Assembly (NCBI GenBank): GCA_027491435.1 | Contig: JAOZFG010000004.1 | Coordinates: forward strand, 32,001 to 96,000 | Direction: 5' to 3' | From: Thermoproteota archaeon | Lineage (GTDB): Archaea; Korarchaeota; Korarchaeia; Korarchaeales; Korarchaeaceae | DNA length: 64,000 nt | Part shown: piece by piece, positions 19,557 to 28,888 of the stretch | How the letters are laid out: every line of letters begins with the position of its first letter | Numbering within the stretch: the first letter of the stretch is position 1 | Notes under the pieces: generated by a model | What the model saw: only the letters and a program-made list of their open reading frames with translations | Told to the model about the DNA's origin: nothing | Databases searched by the model: none | Translations under genes and position numbers: made by a program

Positions 19557-19885
19557 TAAGAACCCTAATGATCTGCAGGTCCTGTGGCTATAGCATGGAG
19601 ATATCCATAGACAACACCCCAGAAGTCTGTCCCAGATGTGGATCAACTAGGCTGGAAATATTGGCCTATAGGAGCATAAACATGGAAGATCTCTTTGAAG
19701 AGTCACAGGAAGAAGCCTCAGGAGAAAGGCCTCTACTAGCTGAAGATGAGCATGTGTTCATAACTAAAGTTTCGGAGGGGGAGTGGGAAGTCGATCTAGG
19801 TAAGGTTTTCTCGGATGACGTCTCAATAGCCGAGCTTGAGCCCGGGGAGTATGAGATAGTGTTCTATAAGATTAAGAGGATTTAA
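19553..19885 (+). CDS. oapC: Zn-ribbon protein, OapC/DUF2072-like
   Basis: CRSCG...CPRCG ribbon plus GEWEVDL...GEYEI tail; ATGA overlap with oapA. Confidence 0.7.
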   Translation: MIRTLMICRSCGYSMEISIDNTPEVCPRCGSTRLEILAYRSINMEDLFEESQEEASGERPLLAEDEHVFITKVSEGEWEVDLGKVFSDDVSIAELEPGEYEIVFYKIKRI

Positions 19886-20652
19886 GAAAGTTTCCTTCCT
19901 ATTATGATGAAGCCCGTGTGAGCTATCATTCTGGGCATAGGCCTCGTCCTCTTCTCATTAACCTCATACTGTCTATCCAGTATCTCGTGCACCTCAATAA
20001 GTCCGAAATCAAGCTCTCTGGCCTTCAGGACAGTTTTAGGGATCTGCTCACAAGATGGGACGAATGCGACGAAGGTCCCGCCGTCCTTCAAGGCCTCTCT
20101 TACGACTGCCAAGAACTCCCAAGGGTCTGGAACGTCCATGATCACGCAATCCAAATCCCTCTCGTCAATTCCCTGCTTGGCATCCCTGAGTTTAAACTCC
20201 ACGTTCTTAACACCTAGTTTTTCTAGGTTGGACTTAGCAACGCGCAGGGATTTCTCACTTATGTCGTAGGTCACCAACTTGTTCTTCACTAGAAACGTGG
20301 CTAAAACCAAGGTCATGGCCCCAGAGCCAGTCCCTATCTCCACAACCTTGCTGTCAGGCCTTATTCCACACTTTACTAGGATGAATCCGGAGTCCTTAGG
20401 GTAGATTATCTGGGTACCCCTGCCTATCTTCTCTATTAGGTCAGATAGGCTGGGTTTGTGGACTTCAACTGGGATTCCCTTATTAGTCTCTATAACAGTT
20501 CCCCAGTTCCTTCCGATGAGCTTGTTTAGATCAACAGTACCCTTATGAGTGTGGAAAACCTTACCAGACTTAACCTTAACTAGGAACTTTTTAGGCCTCC
20601 CTCTCTTGTCGTAGAGCGTGAGGAGGGCAAGGTCGCCCTCCTGAATGGGCAA
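19882..20652 (-). CDS. trmI: tRNA (adenine-57/58-N1)-methyltransferase
   Basis: TQIIYPKD, EIGTGSG, DVPDPW, AHTGF; start placed at TTG 20652 after GAGGTG. Confidence 0.93.
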   Translation of the reverse strand: MPIQEGDLALLTLYDKRGRPKKFLVKVKSGKVFHTHKGTVDLNKLIGRNWGTVIETNKGIPVEVHKPSLSDLIEKIGRGTQIIYPKDSGFILVKCGIRPDSKVVEIGTGSGAMTLVLATFLVKNKLVTYDISEKSLRVAKSNLEKLGVKNVEFKLRDAKQGIDERDLDCVIMDVPDPWEFLAVVREALKDGGTFVAFVPSCEQIPKTVLKARELDFGLIEVHEILDRQYEVNEKRTRPMPRMIAHTGFIIIGRKLS

Positions 20653-20662
20653 TAAAAACACC

Positions 20663-21811
20663 TCACAGAAGGGCTTTAGCGACCTTAGCTGCAAGTACTG
20701 GATGCTTTAACAATTTCTTAGCCACTGACTTTATATCTATGCCATTAGCTAGTCTTATTACGTCCTCGTAATCTAGGACTTCAGCTAACTTGTTCAGGTC
20801 GTCATCGCCTAGCTTCTCAAAGACCCTCATAGCCTTCAAGCTATCGTTTATCCTCTTCACCCAATCGTCGTACTTCTCTAGGAATCTCCTCTCCAGGAAT
20901 TCCTTTGAAAGGTCGCCCCTCTCTATTCCCTCTGACACAGTCTCAGCCGCCTTTATGCCGGCAGCTATTGATGAGTGGATGCCCGCCCCGGTAAACGGGA
21001 TAACGGTTCCAGCTGCATCTCCGATGATTAAAACTCCATCCTTACTTATCTCCTTTGACATTCCTCCTATGGGAACCGCTGACCCGCCTACCCCTATGAC
21101 CTTGGCCTTGGAGAAGAGTTCAGGCCTATCCTTTATGAACTTATCCAGATAAACCTTGGGGGCTCCAGGCCTGACCCCTATACCAACGTTAGCTATTTCC
21201 TCGTCCTTAGGGAATATCCAAGCGTAGCCTCCCGGGGCCATAGATCCTACATAGATGTGGCCCGTTTTATAGGAGTCCAGCTCAACGCCGACCATCTTGT
21301 ACTGGAACACCGGTATGAGCTCGGTCTTATTGTCGATCCCAGCAGTCTTAGCTACCACCGAGTTGTACCCGTCGGCACCGATCACCGCCTTCGCTCTTAT
21401 TACCTCTCCCTTTACCGTCTTTACTCCGACAATCCTGCTGTTTTCCATGACCACGGATTCCACTCTCTCCCCTACTCTGATCTCGGCTCCTGCTTTGACG
21501 GCTATCTTTGCCATCTCCTGTAGGAATAAGTCCTTATTTATGGCATATCCGTGCAGGGGAATCTCAACGTACTTGCCAGAGGGGGCGTACACCCTCATGT
21601 TAAGCTCGTTACTAACGACCCCTGCCTTCTCAGGAACCCCTGCCGTCTGAAAGGTTTCCTTACTCACGCCCTCGCCGCAAGGCTTCCAAGCCTTTATTTC
21701 CTGATAAGCTTCTAGTATGACCACATTCCTTCCAAGCTCAGCTAACCTCTTACCGGCAGCGAGCCCCCCAGGCCCAGCGCCCACGACAACGGCATCCAAC
21801 GACTCAGCCAT
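20663..21811 (-). CDS. Geranylgeranyl reductase family flavoprotein
   Basis: GAGPGG, KPCGEG, GADG, PGGYAWIFP, GDAAG; likely ATG at 21811. Confidence 0.88.
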   Translation of the reverse strand: MAESLDAVVVGAGPGGLAAGKRLAELGRNVVILEAYQEIKAWKPCGEGVSKETFQTAGVPEKAGVVSNELNMRVYAPSGKYVEIPLHGYAINKDLFLQEMAKIAVKAGAEIRVGERVESVVMENSRIVGVKTVKGEVIRAKAVIGADGYNSVVAKTAGIDNKTELIPVFQYKMVGVELDSYKTGHIYVGSMAPGGYAWIFPKDEEIANVGIGVRPGAPKVYLDKFIKDRPELFSKAKVIGVGGSAVPIGGMSKEISKDGVLIIGDAAGTVIPFTGAGIHSSIAAGIKAAETVSEGIERGDLSKEFLERRFLEKYDDWVKRINDSLKAMRVFEKLGDDDLNKLAEVLDYEDVIRLANGIDIKSVAKKLLKHPVLAAKVAKALL

Positions 21812-21999
21812 ATTAGCACCAATGGAAACTATTGTGTTAAGTATATCAGCTTTCCTTCCCATCAATTCGTCATATGACGAATTAAAGGAGCTCAGAGTTC
21901 TTCCATCGAGTAAAGTTTTAAATTCGTGAAATATTACGATACCTAGGGGGATTTCCCCTCGTCGTCATTCACCGGCCCCGGGCCGGATGACGGCGAAAG

Positions 22000-22245
22000 G
22001 TGAAAAAATTGAGGGCGATCATGGAAGCTCATCTACGAATTCTTAAGAAGCTCGAAAAGGCCGGTAAAGATGGTGTAGTGGCCTCGGAACTAGTGCCAGA
22101 CAGGGTCGCCAGGGAATTTGTACTGAAATACCTTGCCAGTAATGGTCTAATTGCTAGAAGGAGGAGGTTCAGGGGAGAAAGGATCTTTATTACATCAAAG
22201 GGATTAAACTTATTGAGATCATTTGAGAGCTCCCGAAATCTATAA
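22000..22245 (+). CDS. Small winged-helix DNA-binding protein (start may be ATG 22021)
   Basis: LKYLASNGLI...IFITSKGLNLL wing motif. Confidence 0.7.
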   Translation: MKKLRAIMEAHLRILKKLEKAGKDGVVASELVPDRVAREFVLKYLASNGLIARRRRFRGERIFITSKGLNLLRSFESSRNL

Positions 22246-22260
22246 TCTCCCTTTTTTCCT

Positions 22261-24021
22261 TTGGGTGATTACGTGTTCAGAGTCAGGAGATGGGACGCTT
22301 CAGCGAGGTTAGGGGAGCTTCAAACGAAGTCGGGCATTTTGAAGACTCCTGCATTCTTTCCAGTTTACAACCCCAACAAGCCCGTGGTTAGTTTGAGGGA
22401 AATGGAGGAGATGGGGGTTGACGCTATAATAACTAATTCCTACATAATATACAGAAATAAAGAGCTGAGGGAGGAGGTCTTGGAGAAGGGAATACATGAA
22501 GCATTGGGATTTGATGGAATAATATTTACCGATTCAGGGGCCTATCAACTCTACCGATATGGGCGCGTTGAGGTGAGCAACAAGGAAATTATGGAGTTTC
22601 AACACAAGATAGGCTCCGACATAGCCTCTATACTCGACGTGCCCATGGCAAGTGACGCTACTAGGGCCGAGGTAGAAAAGGGGGTTGAAATAACTGTAAG
22701 GAACGCTAAGGAGTGGTATGAGCTGAGAGATGAGTTAAGGCCGACTCTCTGGGTTGGCACACCTCAAGGGTCAACATATGAAGACCTAGTCACTAAATCA
22801 GCGAAGTTGATAAGGGAGCTGGACTTCGACTACAACGGCGTGGGCTCGCTAAAGGTAGGGCTGGAGAAATACGATTTTTGGACACAAGCCAGGCACTTCA
22901 TGATCATAAGGAGAATACTAAAGGCTGGTAAACCATTCCACTTCTGGGGAATTGGTCATCCATCGACTTTCGCTTTTTTCGTTGCGTTAGGCGCTGACTC
23001 GTTTGACTCCGCATCCTACGCGCTCTACGCCAAGGAGGGCAGGTACATGACCCCTGAAGGGACTCTTTCACTGGAGGATCTCGATGAATTTCCCTGTAGT
23101 TGTCCAGTCTGCAGTAAATACACGCCAAAGGAGGTGAAATCTCTTCCCAGAGACGAGAGGGAGAGGCTTCTGGCCAAGCACAACCTGTACGTTATGCTGT
23201 CCGAGATGAAGAAGGTTAGAGAGGCCATCAGGGGAGAATGGCTTTGGGAACTCGTTCAAGAAAAGGCTAGGTTTCACCCCAAGCTACTACACGCGTTGTT
23301 AGAGTCGCTCAAGGACAGCAACTACTTCCTCCTAAGGGAGCCAGAAACCAAATCCTCTGGGCTATTTTACTCCGGCCCCGAGACTGAACTAAGGCCAGAG
23401 GTTGTAAGAGCTAGATATAAGCTGAAAAGGGTGAAGATAAAGCAAGAAACGTTTTACAGAAAGCTTTACGGAGAAGTCCCCGTAGGCCTTAGGTACACTT
23501 ATCCCTTCGGTCAAACGATCTACCCCGGAGAGGAAGACCCCCCCTTAAGCCCGGACGATTCGAGCATTATAGAGGCGGTCTTGAGGTACCACGTGGGTGA
23601 TAAATTCTATGAAAGCATAGAGGGAGAGCTTAGCCTGAAGAGGTCTAAAAGGACGGGCATGCCCAGGGAGATACTATTAAACGGGGAGAGCATCGGGTCC
23701 ATAAGGTCCAGCGATGGGATGTACGTCCCAAACCTAAAGGGGGCTAGCCTGATACTGAAGTACACCTCCCCTCCCAAGATGAGGGTCATAGTGAAGGGAG
23801 CTTTCTCTAAGGCAGTGGCCAAGGGAACGACGGTCTTCGTAAAATTCGTAAAAGACCTAGATCCAGAGATAAGGCCCAAGAGCGAGGTGGTAGTGGTAAG
23901 CGAGAAGGATGAGTTGCTCGCCACGGGCAGGGCCATACTGCCGGCTAGCGAGTACAAGGATTACGATCCAAATCACCCGTTCGTCCTGATTAGGAGACAT
24001 GTTTTACCTAGAGAGGGGTGA
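22261..24021 (+). CDS. tgtA: Archaeosine tRNA-guanine(15) transglycosylase
   Basis: TPAFFPV, TDSGAYQ, DSFDSASY, CSCPVC...HN Zn site, C-terminal PUA domain. Confidence 0.95.
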   Translation: MGDYVFRVRRWDASARLGELQTKSGILKTPAFFPVYNPNKPVVSLREMEEMGVDAIITNSYIIYRNKELREEVLEKGIHEALGFDGIIFTDSGAYQLYRYGRVEVSNKEIMEFQHKIGSDIASILDVPMASDATRAEVEKGVEITVRNAKEWYELRDELRPTLWVGTPQGSTYEDLVTKSAKLIRELDFDYNGVGSLKVGLEKYDFWTQARHFMIIRRILKAGKPFHFWGIGHPSTFAFFVALGADSFDSASYALYAKEGRYMTPEGTLSLEDLDEFPCSCPVCSKYTPKEVKSLPRDERERLLAKHNLYVMLSEMKKVREAIRGEWLWELVQEKARFHPKLLHALLESLKDSNYFLLREPETKSSGLFYSGPETELRPEVVRARYKLKRVKIKQETFYRKLYGEVPVGLRYTYPFGQTIYPGEEDPPLSPDDSSIIEAVLRYHVGDKFYESIEGELSLKRSKRTGMPREILLNGESIGSIRSSDGMYVPNLKGASLILKYTSPPKMRVIVKGAFSKAVAKGTTVFVKFVKDLDPEIRPKSEVVVVSEKDELLATGRAILPASEYKDYDPNHPFVLIRRHVLPREG

Positions 24022-24556
24022 AACCCCTCAACAGAAGGCCTAAGGCCTCTCTCTTAACATCCTCCTCCACTCTCACAACAACAGCACCTTCATTCGGTTG
24101 TCCGTAAATTAGAGTGGAGCCCAAAGGTGCGAATATCACCGCTGGAAATCCGAGCAGATCCTCCTCACCCTGTACGAGGAGCGCCGTCTTTAGGCCCATT
24201 CTGGCCAGGTCTATAGAGGCCCTAATCGAGACCCAAGCTTCCCTTGTTATCGTGCCTGCTGGGTTAAAGGTTGACAACATGAGCCTGCCCCTAAATAACC
24301 TTTCTCCGTAGCTAACGGCGGACCTCCTTTCCACCAGATCTACCACAATTACGTCTGGGTCAAACCCCCTGGCTATGGCTTCGAGGGATACCCTATCCCC
24401 CACAGTTATAAGAAAGCCCTCTATATCTTTAATATCCTTCATGATAGGGCCTTTAGGTCTAGATATTTCATCTTTATAATCCGGATTCATTCTAAGATCA
24501 ACCAGTAAATCCAGCGAGAGATCGAGAACGTTATATAGCTCGTCCATGGTCATCAC
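24008..24556 (-). CDS. GTP-dependent dephospho-CoA kinase (DUF359); true start probably near 24505-24490
   Basis: TVGD, NPAGTI, GEEDL, YGQPNEG. Confidence 0.88.
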   Translation of the reverse strand: MMTMDELYNVLDLSLDLLVDLRMNPDYKDEISRPKGPIMKDIKDIEGFLITVGDRVSLEAIARGFDPDVIVVDLVERRSAVSYGERLFRGRLMLSTFNPAGTITREAWVSIRASIDLARMGLKTALLVQGEEDLLGFPAVIFAPLGSTLIYGQPNEGAVVVRVEEDVKREALGLLLRGFTPL

Positions 24557-24564
24557 ATGGATTT

Positions 24565-26121
24565 TTGATGGGCAAGATTCTAATACTAGACGCTTTGGCT
24601 GCAGGAAAAGGGGCTAAGAGGTCTGCCATAGACGTCATAGGTGCTGGGCCAAGGACCATAGCGGGAGTGCTCGAATCCCACGGAGTCGAGTACAGGGTAG
24701 CCCGAATCGAAGAATACCTGAACAAGCCCCACAAGTTTGATGGGTACACCGCCCTTCTAGTAAGCGCTATGACCATGGACCTACCATCGGTTAAGAGGGC
24801 CTCCAAGAGGTTCAGGGGGATTAAAGTAGTTGGGGGGCCTATAACCTCGGATCCTCTTGTAGTTCCAAGGGCTGGCTTTGACTTGGGCGTGTGGGGGGAA
24901 GGAGAAAGAGCCCTAGATGAGTTGGTGAAGAGAGGGTTCCTAGAAGGCCTCAGCGAGGACGTGTCAAACCTGGAAAACGTAATTACCAGGGACGGATCCC
25001 TCTCAAAGACCAGGCACTTAACCAAGGAGGAGTACAACAGATATAAACCATCCTCCGTGGCCGTCACCTTCTACAGAAATCCCAGCTACAAAATAGCTAG
25101 GATATACGTGGAAGTGGTCAGGAGCTGCTCTAACTTTAATAGGCCCAAAATAAGGGCGAAGGAGTCGATGTGTCTCATCTGCAACGCTTGCTACGAGCTC
25201 GACCTAAGGAAGAGGCTAATATGCCCACAAGGAATCCCTCCAGGTTGCGGATACTGCTCAATTCCAAGCGTTTATGGCCCACCTAAGTCCCGAAACCTGA
25301 CAATCTTACTGGAAGAGGTAGAAAGCCTGATCAGTTTAGGGGTTAAAAGGCTAGTTCTGAGCGGAGCTGACTTCCTGGAGTACGAACGGGAGTCCCTGGT
25401 TAAAGGCCCCCTAACTCATCCCTCAAATCCGAGACCCAATTTGGAGGCCATAGAGGAGCTGTTATCCTCAATATTCTCCTTAGATGCCGTCTCTAATGGG
25501 GAAGTAAGCATTGAGGTGGAAAATGTAAAGCCATGCTTGGTCGATAAAGAGGTAGCTGATCTGCTGGGGAAGTACTTGGCGGACTCCACTATACACATAG
25601 GTGTAGAGACTGGAGACCCCCATCACGCAGAATTGATCGGCAGGCCGTGCGGCCCGGATAAATCCTTAGAGGCTATAAAGTTGCTTAAGGAGGCTGGGCT
25701 GAGGCCTTATGCATACTTTATCCATAGTCTGCCAGGCCAGACCAAATTAGTTGCTGAGAGAACAATGCACGCTATGAAAAAGGCTTATGAACTTGGGGCA
25801 GAGAAGATAACAGTATACAGGTTCTCTCCGCTGCCTGGGTCAGCATTCCATAAAGAGAGGGTTGTGTACGACGATAACTCTAGAAAAATAGCCAAGTTGG
25901 CCATGACGTTAAACAGAAGACGGAAGGAGGAAATGGTAGGTAAAATCGTGGAGGTGCTGGTGTCCCCCTCCTTGAGGGGCAGAGGGTATTACGGCTATCC
26001 CCTGAGGGGAGGGCCTGCTATACGGATTATCACCAAAAGGAAGCTGAGGGCTGGCGATAAGCTAAGGATAAGGGTGGTGGGCGTATTATCAGATAGGCTC
26101 CTCCTCGGGAAGTTGGATTGA
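24565..26121 (+). CDS. B12-binding-like radical SAM protein with split Cys motif and C-terminal TRAM domain
   Basis: VVGGP, GEGE, EVVRSC...GCGYC, GVETG; TRAM-like C-terminus. Confidence 0.8.
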   Translation: MMGKILILDALAAGKGAKRSAIDVIGAGPRTIAGVLESHGVEYRVARIEEYLNKPHKFDGYTALLVSAMTMDLPSVKRASKRFRGIKVVGGPITSDPLVVPRAGFDLGVWGEGERALDELVKRGFLEGLSEDVSNLENVITRDGSLSKTRHLTKEEYNRYKPSSVAVTFYRNPSYKIARIYVEVVRSCSNFNRPKIRAKESMCLICNACYELDLRKRLICPQGIPPGCGYCSIPSVYGPPKSRNLTILLEEVESLISLGVKRLVLSGADFLEYERESLVKGPLTHPSNPRPNLEAIEELLSSIFSLDAVSNGEVSIEVENVKPCLVDKEVADLLGKYLADSTIHIGVETGDPHHAELIGRPCGPDKSLEAIKLLKEAGLRPYAYFIHSLPGQTKLVAERTMHAMKKAYELGAEKITVYRFSPLPGSAFHKERVVYDDNSRKIAKLAMTLNRRRKEEMVGKIVEVLVSPSLRGRGYYGYPLRGGPAIRIITKRKLRAGDKLRIRVVGVLSDRLLLGKLD

Positions 26122-26124
26122 ATG

Positions 26125-26198
26125 TGGGGCCGCCGGGATTTGAACCCGGGACCACCAGCGCCCCAGGCTGGCATCCTACCAAGCTAGACCACGGCCCC
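26125..26198 (-). tRNA. tRNA-Pro(GGG)
   Basis: Reverse strand GGGGCCG...CCAGC-ctGGGgc-GCTGG...GTTCAAATCC. Confidence 0.96.
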
Positions 26199-26295
26199 CT
26201 GGTAGAGGGATCTACCTCACTTTTTAAACACTCACTAATATTTATTAGCTAACAAAGTTAACAAAATTTTTAGAGGGTAATGATGGATCCCATCG

Positions 26296-27003
26296 ATGGA
26301 CCTAAAGATCTCCGTAGTGGTTCCCACATATAACGAGGAAGAAACAATCGGAAGGTGTCTTAACGCTTTACTTAAGCAGGGAATTCATGAGATAATAGTT
26401 GTTGACGGTGGCAGCTCAGATAGGACTGTGGAAATAGCGGAGGAATTAGCAACTAAAGTGGTCTCATCAGAGGAATATGACTCAGTATCCAAGGCCAGGA
26501 AGGAGGGTATAAGGTTGGCTACAGGAGATGTGATAGCCTTTGTCGATGCGGACACTGTCGTCTCCACCACTTGGAGGAAAGGGGTAATAGAAGCTTTCTC
26601 AGACGAGGAGGTCGTAGCAGCTACGGGACCCGCCTACCCGCTCGAGGGAGGGGGGCTCTTAATAAACTTGGGTTACATAATTTCCTACGATTACCTAGTT
26701 AGATTAACCTTACTAATAGGAAGACCCCATTTTATGGGATTTAACTCAGCTTATAGGCATGAAATTATAAGGAATATTGACATTCCTGAGGTTAAGGTCT
26801 CTGAGGACGCCCTGATGTCGATGGCCGCTTACCCAATGGGTAAGATGGTGTTCAATCATAAGATGTCCGTCTACACGTCTTATAGGAGGATAAAGAAAAG
26901 GGGCTGGTCGGAAGCCCTCTTTTACCTGCTCTACAATGGTGTGAAGGTTACCCTGACCGGCAGGCCGTTTCACGAGTACGTGAAGGTCAGCAAGTCGAAA
27001 TAA
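26296..27003 (+). CDS. Family 2 glycosyltransferase
   Basis: SVVVPTYNEE, VDGGSSDRT, FVDAD, SED. Confidence 0.92.
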   Translation: MDLKISVVVPTYNEEETIGRCLNALLKQGIHEIIVVDGGSSDRTVEIAEELATKVVSSEEYDSVSKARKEGIRLATGDVIAFVDADTVVSTTWRKGVIEAFSDEEVVAATGPAYPLEGGGLLINLGYIISYDYLVRLTLLIGRPHFMGFNSAYRHEIIRNIDIPEVKVSEDALMSMAAYPMGKMVFNHKMSVYTSYRRIKKRGWSEALFYLLYNGVKVTLTGRPFHEYVKVSKSK

Positions 27004-27086
27004 GTTCGATAAAAGTTATACGTAACATTTATATACATGGACTGTGTAGGTGCTTTCGACGATCTATTAAAGGGGTGGTGGGCTAA

Positions 27087-28070
27087 CTGGCTGAGAAGGT
27101 AGACTCCTCCTCGGGAGAGTATGAAGAGGAGATTAGGTGTCCTAGGTGTGGTAGCACTAATATAGCCGAGGATCCCGATACTGGAAGTTTAGTGTGTCAA
27201 GACTGTGGCCTCATTATAGACGCTTCATCCCTAGACCTTTCCAAGGACTGGAGGGCCTTTGACGCTGAAGAGTACATAGACAGGTCTAGGGCTGGAGCTC
27301 CGGTCACTCCCCTCAGGCCGAGTTATGGTCTAGACACTGACATAACCCTTAGAAGGGGAATAAGCAAGAAGATGGTAAACCAACTCAAGAGGACACAGAA
27401 ACACGTGGCAGACTCCAGGGAGAAGACCGTAGAACCCGCACTAAGGAAGATAAGGGATGCTGCCGAGGCGTTAAACCTTCCTCAAGAGACCGTAGAGGAC
27501 GCCGCTACGCTCTACAGGATGGCTGCCAGGGCCGGATTGGTCAAGGGCAGGAGCATGGACGCCATGGTGGCAGCTACCATATACGCCGCCTGCAGGAGGA
27601 CTGACGTGCCAAGGACACTAGAAGAGGTGTCTCAGTACTTCTCCCTAGAGGAGAAGGAGGTAGGGAGGAGCTTCAGGTTCCTGTTCAGAAAATTAGGGAT
27701 AAAGATACCTCCCCCCAAACCGGAGAACTTCGTCTACCTGATATGCTCCAAGCTAAACCTGCCTGAAGAAATAGCCACACAGGCCATCAGGATAATAAGA
27801 ATAGCCAGAGAAAATGGGGCTACCATGGGTAGGGAGCCTGTAGGCGTTGCAGCCGCTGCGGTGTACATGGCCTGTCAGGAGTTCGGCATACACAGGACTC
27901 AGAGGGAACTCGCTCAGGCGGCTAACGTGACAGAAGTCACCGTTAGGAACAGGTACAAAGAGCTGTTGAACAAAGCTAGGAAAAAATGGCTCGAAGAGCT
28001 CTCAGAAGAGAAGATAAAGATGATAAAAGAGAGAATTTCAAGCAAAATGGGCACCTCTACGGAGACCTAA
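27087..28070 (+). CDS. tfb: Transcription initiation factor B (probable CTG start)
   Basis: Zn ribbon CPRCG...VCQDCG begins upstream of the ORF-track start; WRAF B-reader; two cyclin folds; TEVTVRNRYKE. Confidence 0.95.
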   Translation: MAEKVDSSSGEYEEEIRCPRCGSTNIAEDPDTGSLVCQDCGLIIDASSLDLSKDWRAFDAEEYIDRSRAGAPVTPLRPSYGLDTDITLRRGISKKMVNQLKRTQKHVADSREKTVEPALRKIRDAAEALNLPQETVEDAATLYRMAARAGLVKGRSMDAMVAATIYAACRRTDVPRTLEEVSQYFSLEEKEVGRSFRFLFRKLGIKIPPPKPENFVYLICSKLNLPEEIATQAIRIIRIARENGATMGREPVGVAAAAVYMACQEFGIHRTQRELAQAANVTEVTVRNRYKELLNKARKKWLEELSEEKIKMIKERISSKMGTSTET

Positions 28071-28110
28071 ACTTTTTTATTGCCGCAGCCCGGCCAACTG
28101 AAGGGGAACC

Positions 28111-28254
28111 ATGTACAAGTGCCTCAGGTGCGGTTACGTCTTCACCAAGAAGGAGATGGAAGATTACTTCAAGGATTTCAAGTGCCCTAGATGTGGGTAC
28201 CGAATACTGATGAAGGTTAGGAGCGAGGAGCCTAAGGTGGTAAAGGCGATCTAA
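28111..28254 (+). CDS. rpoP: RNA polymerase subunit P (Rpo12); not in the ORF track
   Basis: MYKCLRCGYVFTKKEMEDYFKDFKCPRCGYRILMKVRSEEPKVVKAI, preceded by AAGGGG. Confidence 0.93.
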   Translation: MYKCLRCGYVFTKKEMEDYFKDFKCPRCGYRILMKVRSEEPKVVKAI

Positions 28255-28255
28255 A

Positions 28256-28822
28256 TTGGAGGAGGCAGAGGAGACCCCCAACAAGTGGTTGGTTAAGGAG
28301 ATCGGCTGGTTCCTGATAGCCCTAGCCGTGCTCTTCGTCTTTATAAAGGTTGGATTACCGCTAATCTTGGGTGTCGAATCCCCGCTTACCGTGGTCACCT
28401 CAAGTTCAATGGAGCCAACTTACAACAAGGGAGACCTACTCATAGTGGTGAAGGCAGATCCTCAGAAGCTTAAGGTTGGTGACGTAATCGTCTTCAACGC
28501 CCCTTGGTCCTCCAAGCCGGTAGTTCATAGGATAGTCAGGATAGAGAATAGGGGAGGGGTTCTCCGATTCTACACTAAGGGGGATAATAACATAGTTCCT
28601 GATCCGGGTTACAGGACGCCTAACGACCTGTATGGGGTGGTTATCTTCCACGTGCCCTTTGTGGGCCAGATCCTGGATTTCACCAAGACCTTAGTCGGCA
28701 GGGCGATCATTATCTCTTTAATAGCTTTTGCCTTTATATACGATTACATAAAGAAGAGGCTTGAGTGGGAGAGTAAAAAGTATACTGTAAAAAGCGAACA
28801 AAGACAGGATGATTTGACCTAA
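28256..28822 (+). CDS. Signal peptidase I (Sec11 type)
   Basis: VTSSSMEP, GD, VVHRI, TKGDNN...D; flanking TM helices. Confidence 0.93.
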   Translation: MEEAEETPNKWLVKEIGWFLIALAVLFVFIKVGLPLILGVESPLTVVTSSSMEPTYNKGDLLIVVKADPQKLKVGDVIVFNAPWSSKPVVHRIVRIENRGGVLRFYTKGDNNIVPDPGYRTPNDLYGVVIFHVPFVGQILDFTKTLVGRAIIISLIAFAFIYDYIKKRLEWESKKYTVKSEQRQDDLT

Positions 28823-28888
28823 ACTGGGGAGCTAGTATCCATCAGGTACCCTTTTTATATACCCGCAGGTCATTACCAGGGGACTTAA

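Noticed and set aside
27986-28398. ORFs 27986-28210 (+) and 28057-28398 (-)
   Set aside because: They overlap the real rpoP and sec11 genes in other frames and have no motifs.
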